Below, in pieces: positions 1 through 13,898 of a DNA stretch of 64,000 bases. The DNA is from Eledone cirrhosa. Taxonomy: Eukaryota. The translations under genes were made by a program, and so were the position numbers. The notes beneath the pieces were generated by a model. That model saw only the letters and a program-made list of their open reading frames with translations, was not told the DNA's origin and searched no databases. The stretch covers positions 30,566,001 to 30,630,000 of the forward strand of contig OZ024760.1 in assembly GCA_964016885.1 (NCBI GenBank), read 5' to 3'. Within the stretch, counting starts at the first letter, position 1. Each line of letters starts with the position of its first letter.

Positions 1-1249
1 AATGTAATGTAATGTGTAATGTAATGTAATGTACTGTGTAATGTCATGTAATGTAATATGAAGTGTAATGTAACGTAATGTAATGTAATCTAACGTGTAA
101 TGTAATGTAATGTAATGTAATGTAATGTAATGTAATGTAATGTAATGTAATGTAATGTAATGTCTAGTGTAATGTAACGTAATGTAATTTAATGTGTAAT
201 GTAATGTAATGTGTAATGTAATGTGTAATGTAATGTAATGTAATGTAATGTAATGTAATGTAATATAATGTAATGTGTAATGTAATGTGTAATGTAATGT
301 AATGTAACGTAATGTAATGTAATGTAACGTAATGTAATGTAATGTGTAATATAATGTAATGTAATGTAATGTAATGTAATGTAATGTGTAATGTAATGTA
401 ATGTGTATGTAATGTAATGTATAATGTAATGTAATGTAATGTAATGTAACGTAATGTAATGTAATGTAATGTAATGTAATGTAATGTAATGTGTAATGTA
501 ATGTAATGTGATGTAATGTGTAATGTAATGTAATGTAATGTAATGTAATGTAATATAATGTAATGTAATATAATGTAATGTAATGTGTAATGTAATGTAA
601 TGTAATGTAATGTGATGTAATATAATGTGTAATGTAATGTAATGTAATGTAATGTGTCATGTAATGTAATGTAATGTGTAATGTAATGTAATGTAATGTA
701 ATGTGTAATGTAAGGTAACGTAATGTAATGTAATGTGTAATGTAATGTAATGTAAAGTAATGTGTAATGTAATGTAATGTAATGTAATGTAATGTAATGT
801 GTAATGTAATGTAATGTAACGTAATGTAATGTAATGTAATGTGTAATGTAATGTAATGTAATGTAATGTAATGTAATGTAATGTGTAATGCAATGTAATG
901 TAATGTAATGTAACGTAATGTAATGTAATGTAATGTAATGTAATGTAATGTAACGTAATGTAATGTAATGTAATGTAATGTAATGTAACGTGTAATGTAA
1001 TGTAATGTAATGTAATGTAATGTGTAATGTAATGTGTAATGTAATGTAATGTAATGTAATGTGTAATGTAATGTAATGTAATGTAATGTAATGTAATGTA
1101 ATGTGTAATGTAATGTAATGTAATGTAATGTAATGTGTAATGTAATGTAATGTAATGTAATGTAATGTAATGTGTAATGTAATGTAATGTAATGTAATGT
1201 GTAATGTAATGTAATGTAATGTAATGTGTAATGTCATGTAATGTAATGT

Positions 1250-4200
1250 AATGTGTAATGAAATGTAATGTAATGTCATGTAATGTAATGTGTAATGTAA
1301 GGTAATGTAATGTAATGCAATGTAATGTAATGTGTAATGTAATGTAATGTAATGTAATGTAATCTAATGTAATGTAATGTATTGTAATGTAATGTGTAAT
1401 GTAATGTAATGTAATGTAATGTAATGTAATGTAATGTAATGTAATGTAATGTGTAATGTAATGTAATGTAATGTAATGTGTAATTTCATTTAATGTAATG
1501 TAATGTAATGTAATGTAATGTAATGTAGTGTAATGTAATGTGTAATGTAATGTGTAATGTAATGTAATGTAATGTAATATAATCTAATGTAATGTAATCT
1601 AATGTGTAAAGTAATGTAATGTAATATAATGTAATGAGTAATGTAATGTAATGTAATGTAATGTAATGTAATGTAATGTAATGTGTAACATAACGTAATG
1701 TAATGTAATGTAATGTAATGTAATGTGTAATGTGTAATGTGTAATGTAATGTAATGTAATGTAATGTAATGTGTAATGTAATGTAATGTAACGTAATGTA
1801 ATGTAATGTAATGTAATGTGTAATGTAATGTAATGTAATGTAATATAATGTAAAGTGTAATGTATTGTAATGTAATGTAATGTGTAATGTAATGTAATGT
1901 AATGTAATGTAATATAATGTAATGTAATGTAATGTAATGTAATGTAATGTAGTGTAATATAATGTAATATAATGTAATGTGTAATGTAATGTAATGTAAT
2001 GTAATGTGTAATGTAATGTAATGTAATGTAATGTGTAATGTCATGTAATGTAATGTAATGTAATGTGTAATTTAATATAATGTAATGTATTGTAATGTAA
2101 TGTAATGTAATGTAATGTAATGTAATGTAATGTAATGTAATGTAATGTAATGTAATGTAATGTAATGTAATGTAATGTAATGTAATGTAATGTAATGTAA
2201 TGTAATGTATGGTAATGTAATGTAATGTAATGTAATGTGATGTAATATAATGTGTAATGTAATGTAATGTAATGTAATGTGTCATGTAATGTAATGTAAT
2301 ATGTAATGTAATGTAATGTAATGTAATGTGTAATGTAAGGTAACGTAATGTAATGTAATGTAATGTGTAATGTAATGTAATGTAAAGTAATGTGTAATGT
2401 AATGTAATGTAATGTAATGTAATGTGTAATGTAATGTAATGTAACGTAATGTAATGTAATGTAATGTAATGTAATGTAATGTAATGTCTAGTGTAATGTA
2501 ACGTAATGTAATTTAATGTGTAATGTAATGTAATGTGTAATGTAATGTGTAATGTAATGTAATGTAATGTAATGTAATGTAATGTAATGTAATGTAATGT
2601 AATGTAATGTCTAGTGTAATGTAACGTAATGTAATTTAATGTGTAATGTAATGTAATGTGTAATGTAATGTGTAATGTAATGTAATGTAATGTAATGTAA
2701 TGTAATGTAATGTAATATAATGTAATGTGTAATGTAATGTGTAATGTAATGTAATGTAACGTAATGTAATGTAATGTAACGTAATGTAATGTAATGTGTA
2801 ATATAATGTAATGTAATGTAATGTAATGTAATGTAATGTAATGTGTAATGTAATGTAATGTGTATGTAATGTAATGTATAATGTAATGTAATGTAATGTA
2901 ATGTAACGTAATGTAATGTAATGTAATGTAATGTAATGTAATGTGTAATGTAATGTAATGTGATGTAATGTGTAATGTAATGTAATGTAATGTAATGTAA
3001 TGTAATATAATGTAATGTAATATAATGTAATGTAATGTGTAATGTAATGTAATGTAATGTAATGTGATGTAATATAATGTGTAATGTAATGTAATGTAAT
3101 GTAATGTGTCATGTAATGTAATGTAATGTGTAATGTAATGTAATGTAATGTAATGTGTAATGTAAGGTAACGTAATGTAATGTAATGTGTAATGTAATGT
3201 AATGTAAAGTAATGTGTAATGTAATGTAATGTAATGTAATGTAATGTAATGTGTAATGTAATGTAATGTAACGTAATGTAATGTAATGTAATGTGTAATG
3301 TAATGTAATGTAATGTAATGTAATGTAATGTAATGTGTAATGCAATGTAATGTAATGTAATGTAACGTAATGTAATGTAATGTAATGTAATGTAATGTAA
3401 CGTGTAATGTAATGTAATGTAATGTAATGTAATGTGTAATGTAATGTGTAATGTAATGTAATGTAATGTAATGTGTAATGTAATGTAATGTAATGTAATG
3501 TGTAATGTAATGTAATGTAATGTAATGTAATGTGTAATGTAATGTAATGTAATGTAATGTAATGTGTAATGTAATGTAATGTAATGTAATGTGTAATGTA
3601 ATGTAATGTAATGTAATGTGTAATGTCATGTAATGTAATGTAATGTGTAATGTAATGTAATGTAATGTCATGTAATGTAATGTGTAATGTAAGGTAATGT
3701 AATGTAATGCAATGTAATGTAATGTGTAATGTAATGTAATGTAATGTAATGTAATCTAATGTAATGTAATGTATTGTAATGTAATGTGTAATGTAATGTA
3801 ATGTAATGTAATGTAATGTAATGTAATGTAATGTAATGTAATGTGTAATGTAATGTAATGTAATGTAATGTGTAATTTCATTTAATGTAATGTAATGTAA
3901 TGTAATGTAATGTAATGTAGTGTAATGTAATGTGTAATGTAATGTGTAATGTAATGTAATGTAATGTAATATAATCTAATGTAATGTAATCTAATGTGTA
4001 AAGTAATGTAATGTAATATAATCTAATGTAATGTAATCTAATGTGTAAAGTAATGTAATGTAATATAATGTAATGAGTAATGTAATGTAATGTAATGTAA
4101 TGTAATGTAATGTAATGTAATGTGTAACATAACGTAATGTAATGTAATGTAATGTAATGTAATGTGTAATGTGTAATGTGTAATGTAATGTAATGTAATG

Positions 4201-7200
4201 TAATGTAATGTGTAATGTAATGTAATGTAACGTAATGTAATGTAATGTAATGTAATGTGTAATGTAATGTAATGTAATGTAATATAATGTAAAGTGTAAT
4301 GTATTGTAATGTAATGTAATGTGTAATGTAATGTAATGTAATGTAATGTAATATAATGTAATGTAATGTAATGTAATGTAATGTAATGTAGTGTAATATA
4401 ATGTAATATAATGTAATGTGTAATGTAATGTAATGTAATGTGTAATGTAATGTAATGTAATGTAATGTGTAATGTCATGTAATGTAATGTAATGTAATGT
4501 GTAATTTAATGTAATGTAATGTATTGTAATGTAATGTAATGTAATGTAATGTAATGTAATGTAATGTAATGTAATGTAATGTAATGTAATGTAATGTAAT
4601 GTAATGTAATGTAATGTAATGTAATGTAATGTAATGTAATGTAATGTATGGTAATGTAATGTAATGTAATGTAATGTGATGTAATATAATGTGTAATGTA
4701 ATGTAATGTAATGTAATGTGTCATGTAATGTAATGTAATATGTAATGTAATGTAATGTAATGTAATGTGTAATGTAAGGTAACGTAATGTAATGTAATGT
4801 AATGTGTAATGTAATGTAATGTAAAGTAATGTGTAATGTAATGTAATGTAATGTAATGTAATGTGTAATGTAATGTAATGTAACGTAATGTAATGTAATG
4901 TAATGTGTAATGTAATGTAATGTAATGTAATGTAATGTAATGTAATGTGTAATGCAATGTAATGTAATGTAATGTAACGTAATGTAATGTAATGTAATGT
5001 AATGTAATGTAACGTGTAATGTAATGTAATGTAATGTAATGTAATGTGTAATGTAATGTGTAATGTAATGTAATGTAATGTGTAATGTAATGTAATGTAA
5101 TGTAATGTAATGTAATGTAATGTGTAATGTAATGTAATGTAATGTAATGTAATGTGTAATGTAATGTAATGTAATGTAATGTAATGTAATGTGTAATGTA
5201 ATGTAATGCAATGTAATGTGTAATGTAATGTAATGTAATGTAATGTGTAATGTCATGTAATGTAATGTAATGTGTAATGTAATGTAATGTAATGTCATGT
5301 AATGTAATGTGTAATGTAAGGTAATGTAATGTAATGCAATGTAATGTAATGTGTAATGTAATGTAATGTAATGTAATGTAATCTAATGTAATGTAATGTA
5401 TTGTAATGTAATGTGTAATGTAATGTAATGTAATGTAATGTAATGTAATGTAATGTAATGTAATGTAATGTGTAATGTAATGTAATGTAATGTAATGTGT
5501 AATTTCATTTAATGTAATGTAATGTAATGTAATGTAATGTAATGTAATATAGTGTAATGTAATGTGTAATGTAATGTGTAATGTAATGTAATGTAATGTA
5601 ATATAATCTAATGTAATGTAATCTAATGTGTAAAGTAATGTAATGTAATATAATGTAATGAGTAATGTAATGTCTAGTGTAATGTAACGTAATGTAATTT
5701 AATGTGTAATGTAATGTAATGTGTAATGTAATGTGTAATGTAATGTAATGTAATGTAATGTAATGTAATGTAATGTAATATAATGTAATGTGTAATGTAA
5801 TGTGTAATGTAATGTAATGTAATGTAATGTAATGTAATGTAACGTAATGTAATGTAATGTGTAATATAATGTAATGTAATGTAATGTAATGTAATGTAAT
5901 GTAATGTGTAATGTAATGTAATGTGTATGTAATGTAATGTATAATGTAATGTAATGTAATGTAATGTAACGTAATGTAATGTAATGTAATGTAATGTAAT
6001 GTAATGTAATGTGTAATGTAATGTAATGTGATGTAATGTGTAATGTAATGTAATGTAATGTAATGTAATGTAATATAATGTAATGTAATATAATGTAATG
6101 TAATGTGTAATGTAATGTAATGTAATGTAATGTGATGTAATATAATGTGTAATGTAATGTAATGTAATGTAATGTGTCATGTAATGTAATGTAATGTGTA
6201 ATGTAATGTAATGTAATGTAATGTGTAATGTAAGGTAACGTAATGTAATGTAATGTGTAATGTAATGTAATGTAAAGTAATGTGTAATGTAATGTAATGT
6301 AATGTAATGTAATGTAATGTGTAATGTAATGTAATGTAACGTAATGTAATGTAATGTAATGTGTAATGTAATGTAATGTAATGTAATGTAATGTAATGTA
6401 ATGTGTAATGCAATGTAATGTAATGTAATGTAACGTAATGTAATGTAATGTAATGTAATGTAATGTAACGTGTAATGTAATGTAATGTAATGTAATGTAA
6501 TGTGTAATGTAATGTGTAATGTAATGTAATGTAATGTAATGTGTAATGTAATGTAATGTAATGTAATGTAATGTAATGTAATGTGTAATGTAATGTAATG
6601 TAATGTAATGTAATGTGTAATGTAATGTAATGTAATGTAATGTAATGTAATGTAATGTGTAATGTAATGTAATGTAATGTAATGTGTAATGTAATGTAAT
6701 GTAATGTAATGTGTAATGTCATGTAATGTAATGTAATGTGTAATGTAATGTAATGTAATGTCATGTAATGTAATGTGTAATGTAAGGTAATGTAATGTAA
6801 TGCAATGTAATGTAATGTGTAATGTAATGTAATGTAATGTAATGTAATCTAATGTAATGTAATGTATTGTAATGTAATGTGTAATGTAATGTAATGTAAT
6901 GTAATGTAATGTAATGTAATGTAATGTAATGTGTAATGTAATGTAATGTAATGTAATGTGTAATTTCATTTAATGTAATGTAATGTAATGTAATGTAATG
7001 TAATGTAGGTTAATGTAATGTGTAATGTAATGTGTAATGTAATGTAATGTAATGTAATATAATCTAATGTAATGTAATCTAATGTGTAAAGTAATGTAAT
7101 GTAATATAATGTAATGAGTAATGTAATGTAATGTAATGTAATGTAATGTAATGTAATGTAATGTGTAACATAACGTAATGTAATGTAATGTAATGTAATG

Positions 7201-10200
7201 TAATGTGTAATGTGTGATGTGTAATGTAATGTAATGTAATGTAATGTAATGTGTAATGTAATGTAATGTAACGTAATGTAATGTAATGTAATGTAATGTG
7301 TAATGTAATGTAATGTAATGTAATATAATGTAAAGTGTAATGTATTGTAATGTAATGTAATGTGTAATGTAATGTAATGTAATGTAATGTAATATAATGT
7401 AATGTAATGTAATGTAATGTAATGTAATGTAGTGTAATATAATGTAATATAATGTAATGTGTAATGCAATGTAATGTAATGTAATGTGTAATGTAATGTA
7501 ATGTAATGTAATGTGTAATGTCATGTAATGTAATGTAATGTAATGTGTAATTTAATGTAATGTAATGTATTGTAATGTAATGTAATGTAATGTAATGTAA
7601 TGTAATGTAATGTAATGTAATGTAATGTAATGTAATGTAATGTAATGTAATGTAATGTAATGTAATGTATGGTAATGTAATGTAATGTAATGTAATGTGA
7701 TGTAATATAATGTGTAATGTAATGTAATGTAATGTAATGTGTCATGTAATGTAATGTAATATGTAATGTAATGTAATGTAATGTAATGTGTAATGTAAGG
7801 TAACGTAATGTAATGTAATGTAATGTGTAATGTAATGTAATGTAAAGTAATGTGTAATGTAATGTAATGTAATGTAATGTAATGTGTAATGTAATGTAAT
7901 GTAACGTAATGTAATGTAATGTAATGTGTAATGTAATGTAATGTAATGTAATGTAATGTAATGTAATGTGTAATGTAATGTAATGTGATGTAATGTGTAA
8001 TGTAATGTAATGTAATGTAATGTAATGTAATATAATGTAATGTAATATAATGTAATGTAATGTGTAATGTAATGTAATGTAATGTAATGTGATGTAATAT
8101 AATGTGTAATGTAATGTAATGTAATGTAATGTGTCATGTAATGTAATGTAATGTGTAATGTAATGTAATGTAATGTAATGTGTAATGTAAGGTAACGTAA
8201 TGTAATGTAATGTGTAATGTAATGTAATGTAAAGTAATGTGTAATGTAATGTAATGTAATGTAATGTAATGTAATGTGTAATGTAATGTAATGTAACGTA
8301 ATGTAATGTAATGTAATGTGTAATGTAATGTAATGTAATGTAATGTAATGTAATGTAATGTGTAATGCAATGTAATGTAATGTAATGTAACGTAATGTAA
8401 TGTAATGTAATGTAATGTGTAATGCAATGTAATGTAATGTAATGTAATGTAATGTAATGTAATATAATCTAATGTAATGTAATCTAATGTGTAAAGTAAT
8501 GTAATGTAATATAATGTAATGAGTAATGTAATGTAATGTAATGTAATGTAATGTAATGTAATGTAATGTGTAACATAACGTAATGTAATGTAATGTAATG
8601 TAATGTAATGTGTAATGTGTGATGTGTAATGTAATGTAATGTAATGTAATGTAATGTGTAATGTAATGTAATGTAACGTAATGTAATGTAATGTAATGTA
8701 ATGTGTAATGTAATGTAATGTAATGTAATATAATGTAAAGTGTAATGTATTGTAATGTAATGTAATGTGTAATGTAATGTAATGTAATGTAATGTAATAT
8801 AATGTAATGTAATGTAATGTAATGTAATGTAATGTAGTGTAATATAATGTAATATAATGTAATGTGTAATGCAATGTAATGTAATGTAATGTGTAATGTA
8901 ATGTAATGTAATGTAATGTGTAATGTCATGTAATGTAATGTAATGTAATGTGTAATTTAATGTAATGTAATGTATTGTAATGTAATGTAATGTAATGTAA
9001 TGTAATGTAATGTAATGTAATGTAATGTAATGTAATGTAATGTAATGTAATGTAATGTAATGTAATGTAATGTATGGTAATGTAATGTAATGTAATGTAA
9101 TGTGATGTAATATAATGTGTAATGTAATGTAATGTAATGTAATGTGTCATGTAATGTAATGTAATATGTAATGTAATGTAATGTAATGTAATGTGTAATG
9201 TAAGGTAACGTAATGTAATGTAATGTAATGTGTAATGTAATGTAATGTAAAGTAATGTGTAATGTAATGTAATGTAATGTAATGTAATGTGTAATGTAAT
9301 GTAATGTAACGTAATGTAATGTAATGTAATGTGTAATGTAATGTAATGTAATGTAATGTAATGTAATGTAATGTGTAATGTAATGTAATGTGATGTAATG
9401 TGTAATGTAATGTAATGTAATGTAATGTAATGTAATATAATGTAATGTAATATAATGTAATGTAATGTGTAATGTAATGTAATGTAATGTAATGTGATGT
9501 AATATAATGTGTAATGTAATGTAATGTAATGTAATGTGTCATGTAATGTAATGTAATGTGTAATGTAATGTAATGTAATGTAATGTGTAATGTAAGGTAA
9601 CGTAATGTAATGTAATGTGTAATGTAATGTAATGTAAAGTAATGTGTAATGTAATGTAATGTAATGTAATGTAATGTAATGTGTAATGTAATGTAATGTA
9701 ACGTAATGTAATGTAATGTAATGTGTAATGTAATGTAATGTAATGTAATGTAATGTAATGTAATGTGTAATGCAATGTAATGTAATGTAATGTAACGTAA
9801 TGTAATGTAATGTAATGTAATGTAATGTAACGTGTAATGTAATGTAATGTAATGTAATGTAATGTGTAATGTAATGTGTAATGTAATGTAATGTAATGTA
9901 ATGTGTAATGTAATGTAATGTAATGTAATGTAATGTAATGTAATGTGTAATGTAATGTAATGTAATGTAATGTAATGTGTAATGTAATGTAATGTAATGT
10001 AATGTAATGTGTAATGTAATGTAATGTAATGTAATGTGTAATGTAATGTAATGTAATGTAATGTGTAATGTCATGTAATGTAATGTAATGTGTAATGTAA
10101 TGTAATGTAATGTCATGTAATGTAATGTGTAATGTAAGGTAATGTAATGTAATGCAATGTAATGTAATGTGTAATGTAATGTAATGTAATGTAATGTAAT

Positions 10201-12450
10201 CTAATGTAATGTAATGTATTGTAATGTAATGTGTAATGTAATGTAATGTAATGTAATGTAATGTAATGTAATGTAATGTAATGTGTAATGTAATGTAATG
10301 TAATGTAATGTGTAATTTCATTTAATGTAATGTAATGTAATGTAATGTAATGTAATGTAGGTTAATGTAATGTGTAATGTAATGTGTAATGTAATGTAAT
10401 GTAATGTAATATAATCTAATGTAATGTAATCTAATGTGTAAAGTAATGTAATGTAATATAATGTAATGAGTAATGTAATGTAATGTAATGTAATGTAATG
10501 TAATGTAATGTAATGTGTAACATAACGTAATGTAATGTAATGTAATGTAATGTAATGTGTAATGTGTGATGTGTAATGTAATGTAATGTAATGTAATGTA
10601 ATGTGTAATGTAATGTAATGTAACGTAATGTAATGTAATGTAATGTAATGTGTAATGTAATGTAATGTAATGTAATATAATGTAAAGTGTAATGTATTGT
10701 AATGTAATGTAATGTGTAATGTAATGTAATGTAATGTAATGTAATATAATGTAATGTAATGTAATGTAATGTAATGTAGTGTAATATAATGTAATATAAT
10801 GTAATGTGTAATGTAATGTAATGTAATGTAATGTGTAATGTAATGTAATGTAATGTAATGTGTAATGTCATGTAATGTAATGTAATGTAATGTGTAATTT
10901 AATGTAATGTAATGTATTGTAATGTAATGTAATGTAATGTAATGTAATGTAATGTAATGTAATGTAATGTAATGTAATGTAATGTAATGTAATGTAATGT
11001 AATGTAATGTAATGTATGGTAATGTAATGTAATGTAATGTAATGTGATGTAATATAATGTGTAATGTAATGTAATGTAATGTAATGTGTCATGTAATGTA
11101 ATGTAATATGTAATGTAATGTAATGTAATGTAATGTGTAATGTAAGGTAACGTAATGTAATGTAATGTAATGTGTAATGTAATGTAATGTAAAGTAATGT
11201 GTAATGTAATGTAATGTAATGTAATGTAATGTGTAATGTAATGTAATGTAACGTAATGTAATGTAATGTAATGTGTAATGTAATGTAATGTAATGTAATG
11301 TAATGTAATGTAATGTGTAATGCAATGTAATGTAATGTAATGTAACGTAATGTAATGTAATGTAATGTAATGTAATGTAACGTGTAATGTAATGTAATGT
11401 AATGTAATGTAATGTGTAATGTAATGTGTAATGTAATGTAATGTAATGTGTAATGTAATGTAATGTAATGTAATGTAATGTAATGTAATGTGTAATGTAA
11501 TGTAATGTAATGTAATGTAATGTGTAATGTAATGTAATGTAATGTAATGTAATGTGTAATGTAATGTAATGCAATGTAATGTGTAATGTAATGTAATGTA
11601 ATGTAATGTGTAATGTCATGTAATGTAATGTAATGTGTAATGTAATGTAATGTAATGTCATGTAATGTAATGTGTAATGTAAGGTAATGTAATGTAATGC
11701 AATGTAATGTAATGTGTAATGTAATGTAATGTAATGTAATGTAATCTAATGTAATGTAATGTATTGTAATGTAATGTGTAATGTAATGTAATGTAATGTA
11801 ATGTAATGTAATGTAATGTAATGTAATGTAATGTGTAATGTAATGTAATGTAATGTAATGTGTAATTTCATTTAATGTAATGTAATGTAATGTAATGTAA
11901 TGTAATATAGTGTAATGTAATGTGTAATGTAATGTGTAATGTAATGTAATGTAATGTAATATAATCTAATGTAATGTAATCTAATGTGTAAAGTAATGTA
12001 ATGTAATATAATGTAATGAGTAATGTAATGTAATGTAATGTAATGTAATGTAATGTGTAACATAACGTAATGTAATGTAATGTAATGTAATGTAATGTGT
12101 AATGTGTAATGTGTAATGTAATGTAATGTAATGTAATGTAATGTGTAATGTAATGTAATGTAACGTAATGTAATGTAATGTAATGTAATGTGTAATGTAA
12201 TGTAATGTAATGTAATATAATGTAAAGTGTAACGTATTGTAATGTAATGTAATGTGTAATGTAATGTAATGTAATGTAATGTAATGTAATATAATGTAAT
12301 GTAATGTAATGTAATGTAATGTAATGTAGTGTAATATAATGTAATATAATGTAATGTGTAATGTAATGTAATGTAATGTAATGTGTAATGTAATGTAATG
12401 TAATGTAATGTGTAATGTCATGTAATGTAATGTAATGTAATGTGTAATTT
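1250..12450. repeat. Tract of approximately 1.4-1.65 kb higher-order units and rearranged derivatives
   Basis: The TAATTTCATTT marker has its CAT ending at 1489, 3881, 5508, 6969, 10321 and 11871. It is usually followed in order by ATAATCT..ATCT..AAAG, GAGT, AACATAACG, AAAGTG..TATTG, TAGTG, TCATG and TATGG. Boundaries are approximate. Confidence 0.85.
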
Positions 12451-13823
12451 AATGTAATGTAATGTATTGTAATGTAATGTAATGTAATGTAATGTAATGT
12501 AATGTAATGTAATGTAATGTAATGTAATGTATGGTAATGTAATGTAATGTAATGTAATGTAATGTATGGTAATGTAATGTAATGTAATGTAATGTGTAAT
12601 GGAATGTAATGTAATGTAATGTAATGTATTGTAATGTAATGTAATGTGTAATGTAATGTAATGTAATGTAATGTAATGTAATGTAATGTAATGTAATGTA
12701 ATGTAATGTAATGTAATGTAATGTAATGTATGGTAATGTAATGTAATGTGTAATGTAAGGTAACGTAATGTTATGTAATGTGTAATGTAATGTAATGTAA
12801 TGTGTAATTTAATGTAATGTAATGTATTGTAATGTAATGTAATGTAATGTAATGTAATGTAATGTAATGTAATGTAATGTAATGTAATGTAATGTAATGT
12901 AATGTAATGTAATGTAATGTAATGTAATGTAATGTAATGTAATGTATGGTAATGTAATGTAATGTAATGTAATGTGTAATGGAATGTAATGTAATGTAAT
13001 GTAATGTAATGTAATGTAATGTGTAATATAATGTAATGTAATGTAATGTAATGTAATGTGTAATGTAATGTAATGTAATGTAATGTAATATAATATAATA
13101 TAATATAATATAATATAATATAATATAATATAATATAATATAACATAATATAATATGTAATGTAATGTAATGTAATGTAATATAATGTAATGTAATGTGT
13201 AATGTAATGTAATGTAACGTAATGTAATGTAATGTAATGTAATGTAATGTAATGTGTAATGTAATGTAATGTAATGTAATGTGTAATGTAATGTAACGTA
13301 ATGTAATGTAACGTAATGTAATGTAATGTAACGTAATGTAATGTAATGTAATGTGTAATGTAATGTAATTTAATGTAATGTAATGTAATGTAATGTGTAA
13401 TGTAACGTAATGTAATGTGTAATGTAATGTAATGTAATGTAATGTAATGTAATGTAATGTAATGTAATGTAATGTAACGTAATGTAACGTGTAATTTAAT
13501 GTAATGTAATGTGTAATGTAATGTAATGTTTAATGTAATGTAATGTAATGTAATGTAATGTGTAATATAATGTAATGTAATGTAATGTAATATGTAATGT
13601 AATATAATATAATATAATATAATATAATATAATATAATATAATATACTATGTAATGTAATGTAATGTAATGTAATGTAAAGTAACGTAATGTTTAATGTA
13701 ATGTAATGTGTAATGTACTGTAATTTTTTCTACTTTAGGCACAAGGCCAGCAATTACCCAGTGCATTACTGGTACTTTATTTTATCGACCCCGTAAGGAT
13801 GAAAGGCAAAGTCAACCTCGGCG

Positions 13824-13834
13824 GGATTTGAACT
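13824..13834 (-). promoter_or_regulatory. RNA polymerase III internal promoter B box of SINE copy 1 (same motif in all 8 inserts)
   Basis: Minus strand AGTTCAAATCC matches the RGTTCRANNCC consensus. Confidence 0.75.
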
Positions 13835-13886
13835 CAGATCGTAAAGGGACATAACTATGCTGGAAAGCATGGCGTCCGATCCTCTA

Positions 13887-13898
13887 CCAATAATGCCA
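13887..13898 (-). promoter_or_regulatory. Degenerate Pol III A box of SINE copy 1
   Basis: Minus strand TGGCATTATTGG starts 10 nt after the element 5' end and lies 52 nt upstream of the B box. Imperfect match to TRGCNNARYGG. Confidence 0.55.

Noticed and set aside
13690-13730. Array seeded from the SINE's own 3' microsatellite tail (AAAAAATTACAGTACATTAC on the - strand)
   Set aside because: The same satellite continues in the same orientation on the 5' side, with a candidate TSD, which favours insertion into an existing array. A more ancient SINE-tail origin cannot be excluded from this window.
13770-13860. Hammerhead ribozyme in a satellite/SINE unit (GATGAAAGG..GAAA motifs)
   Set aside because: There is no CTGANGA core with flanking stems on either strand.
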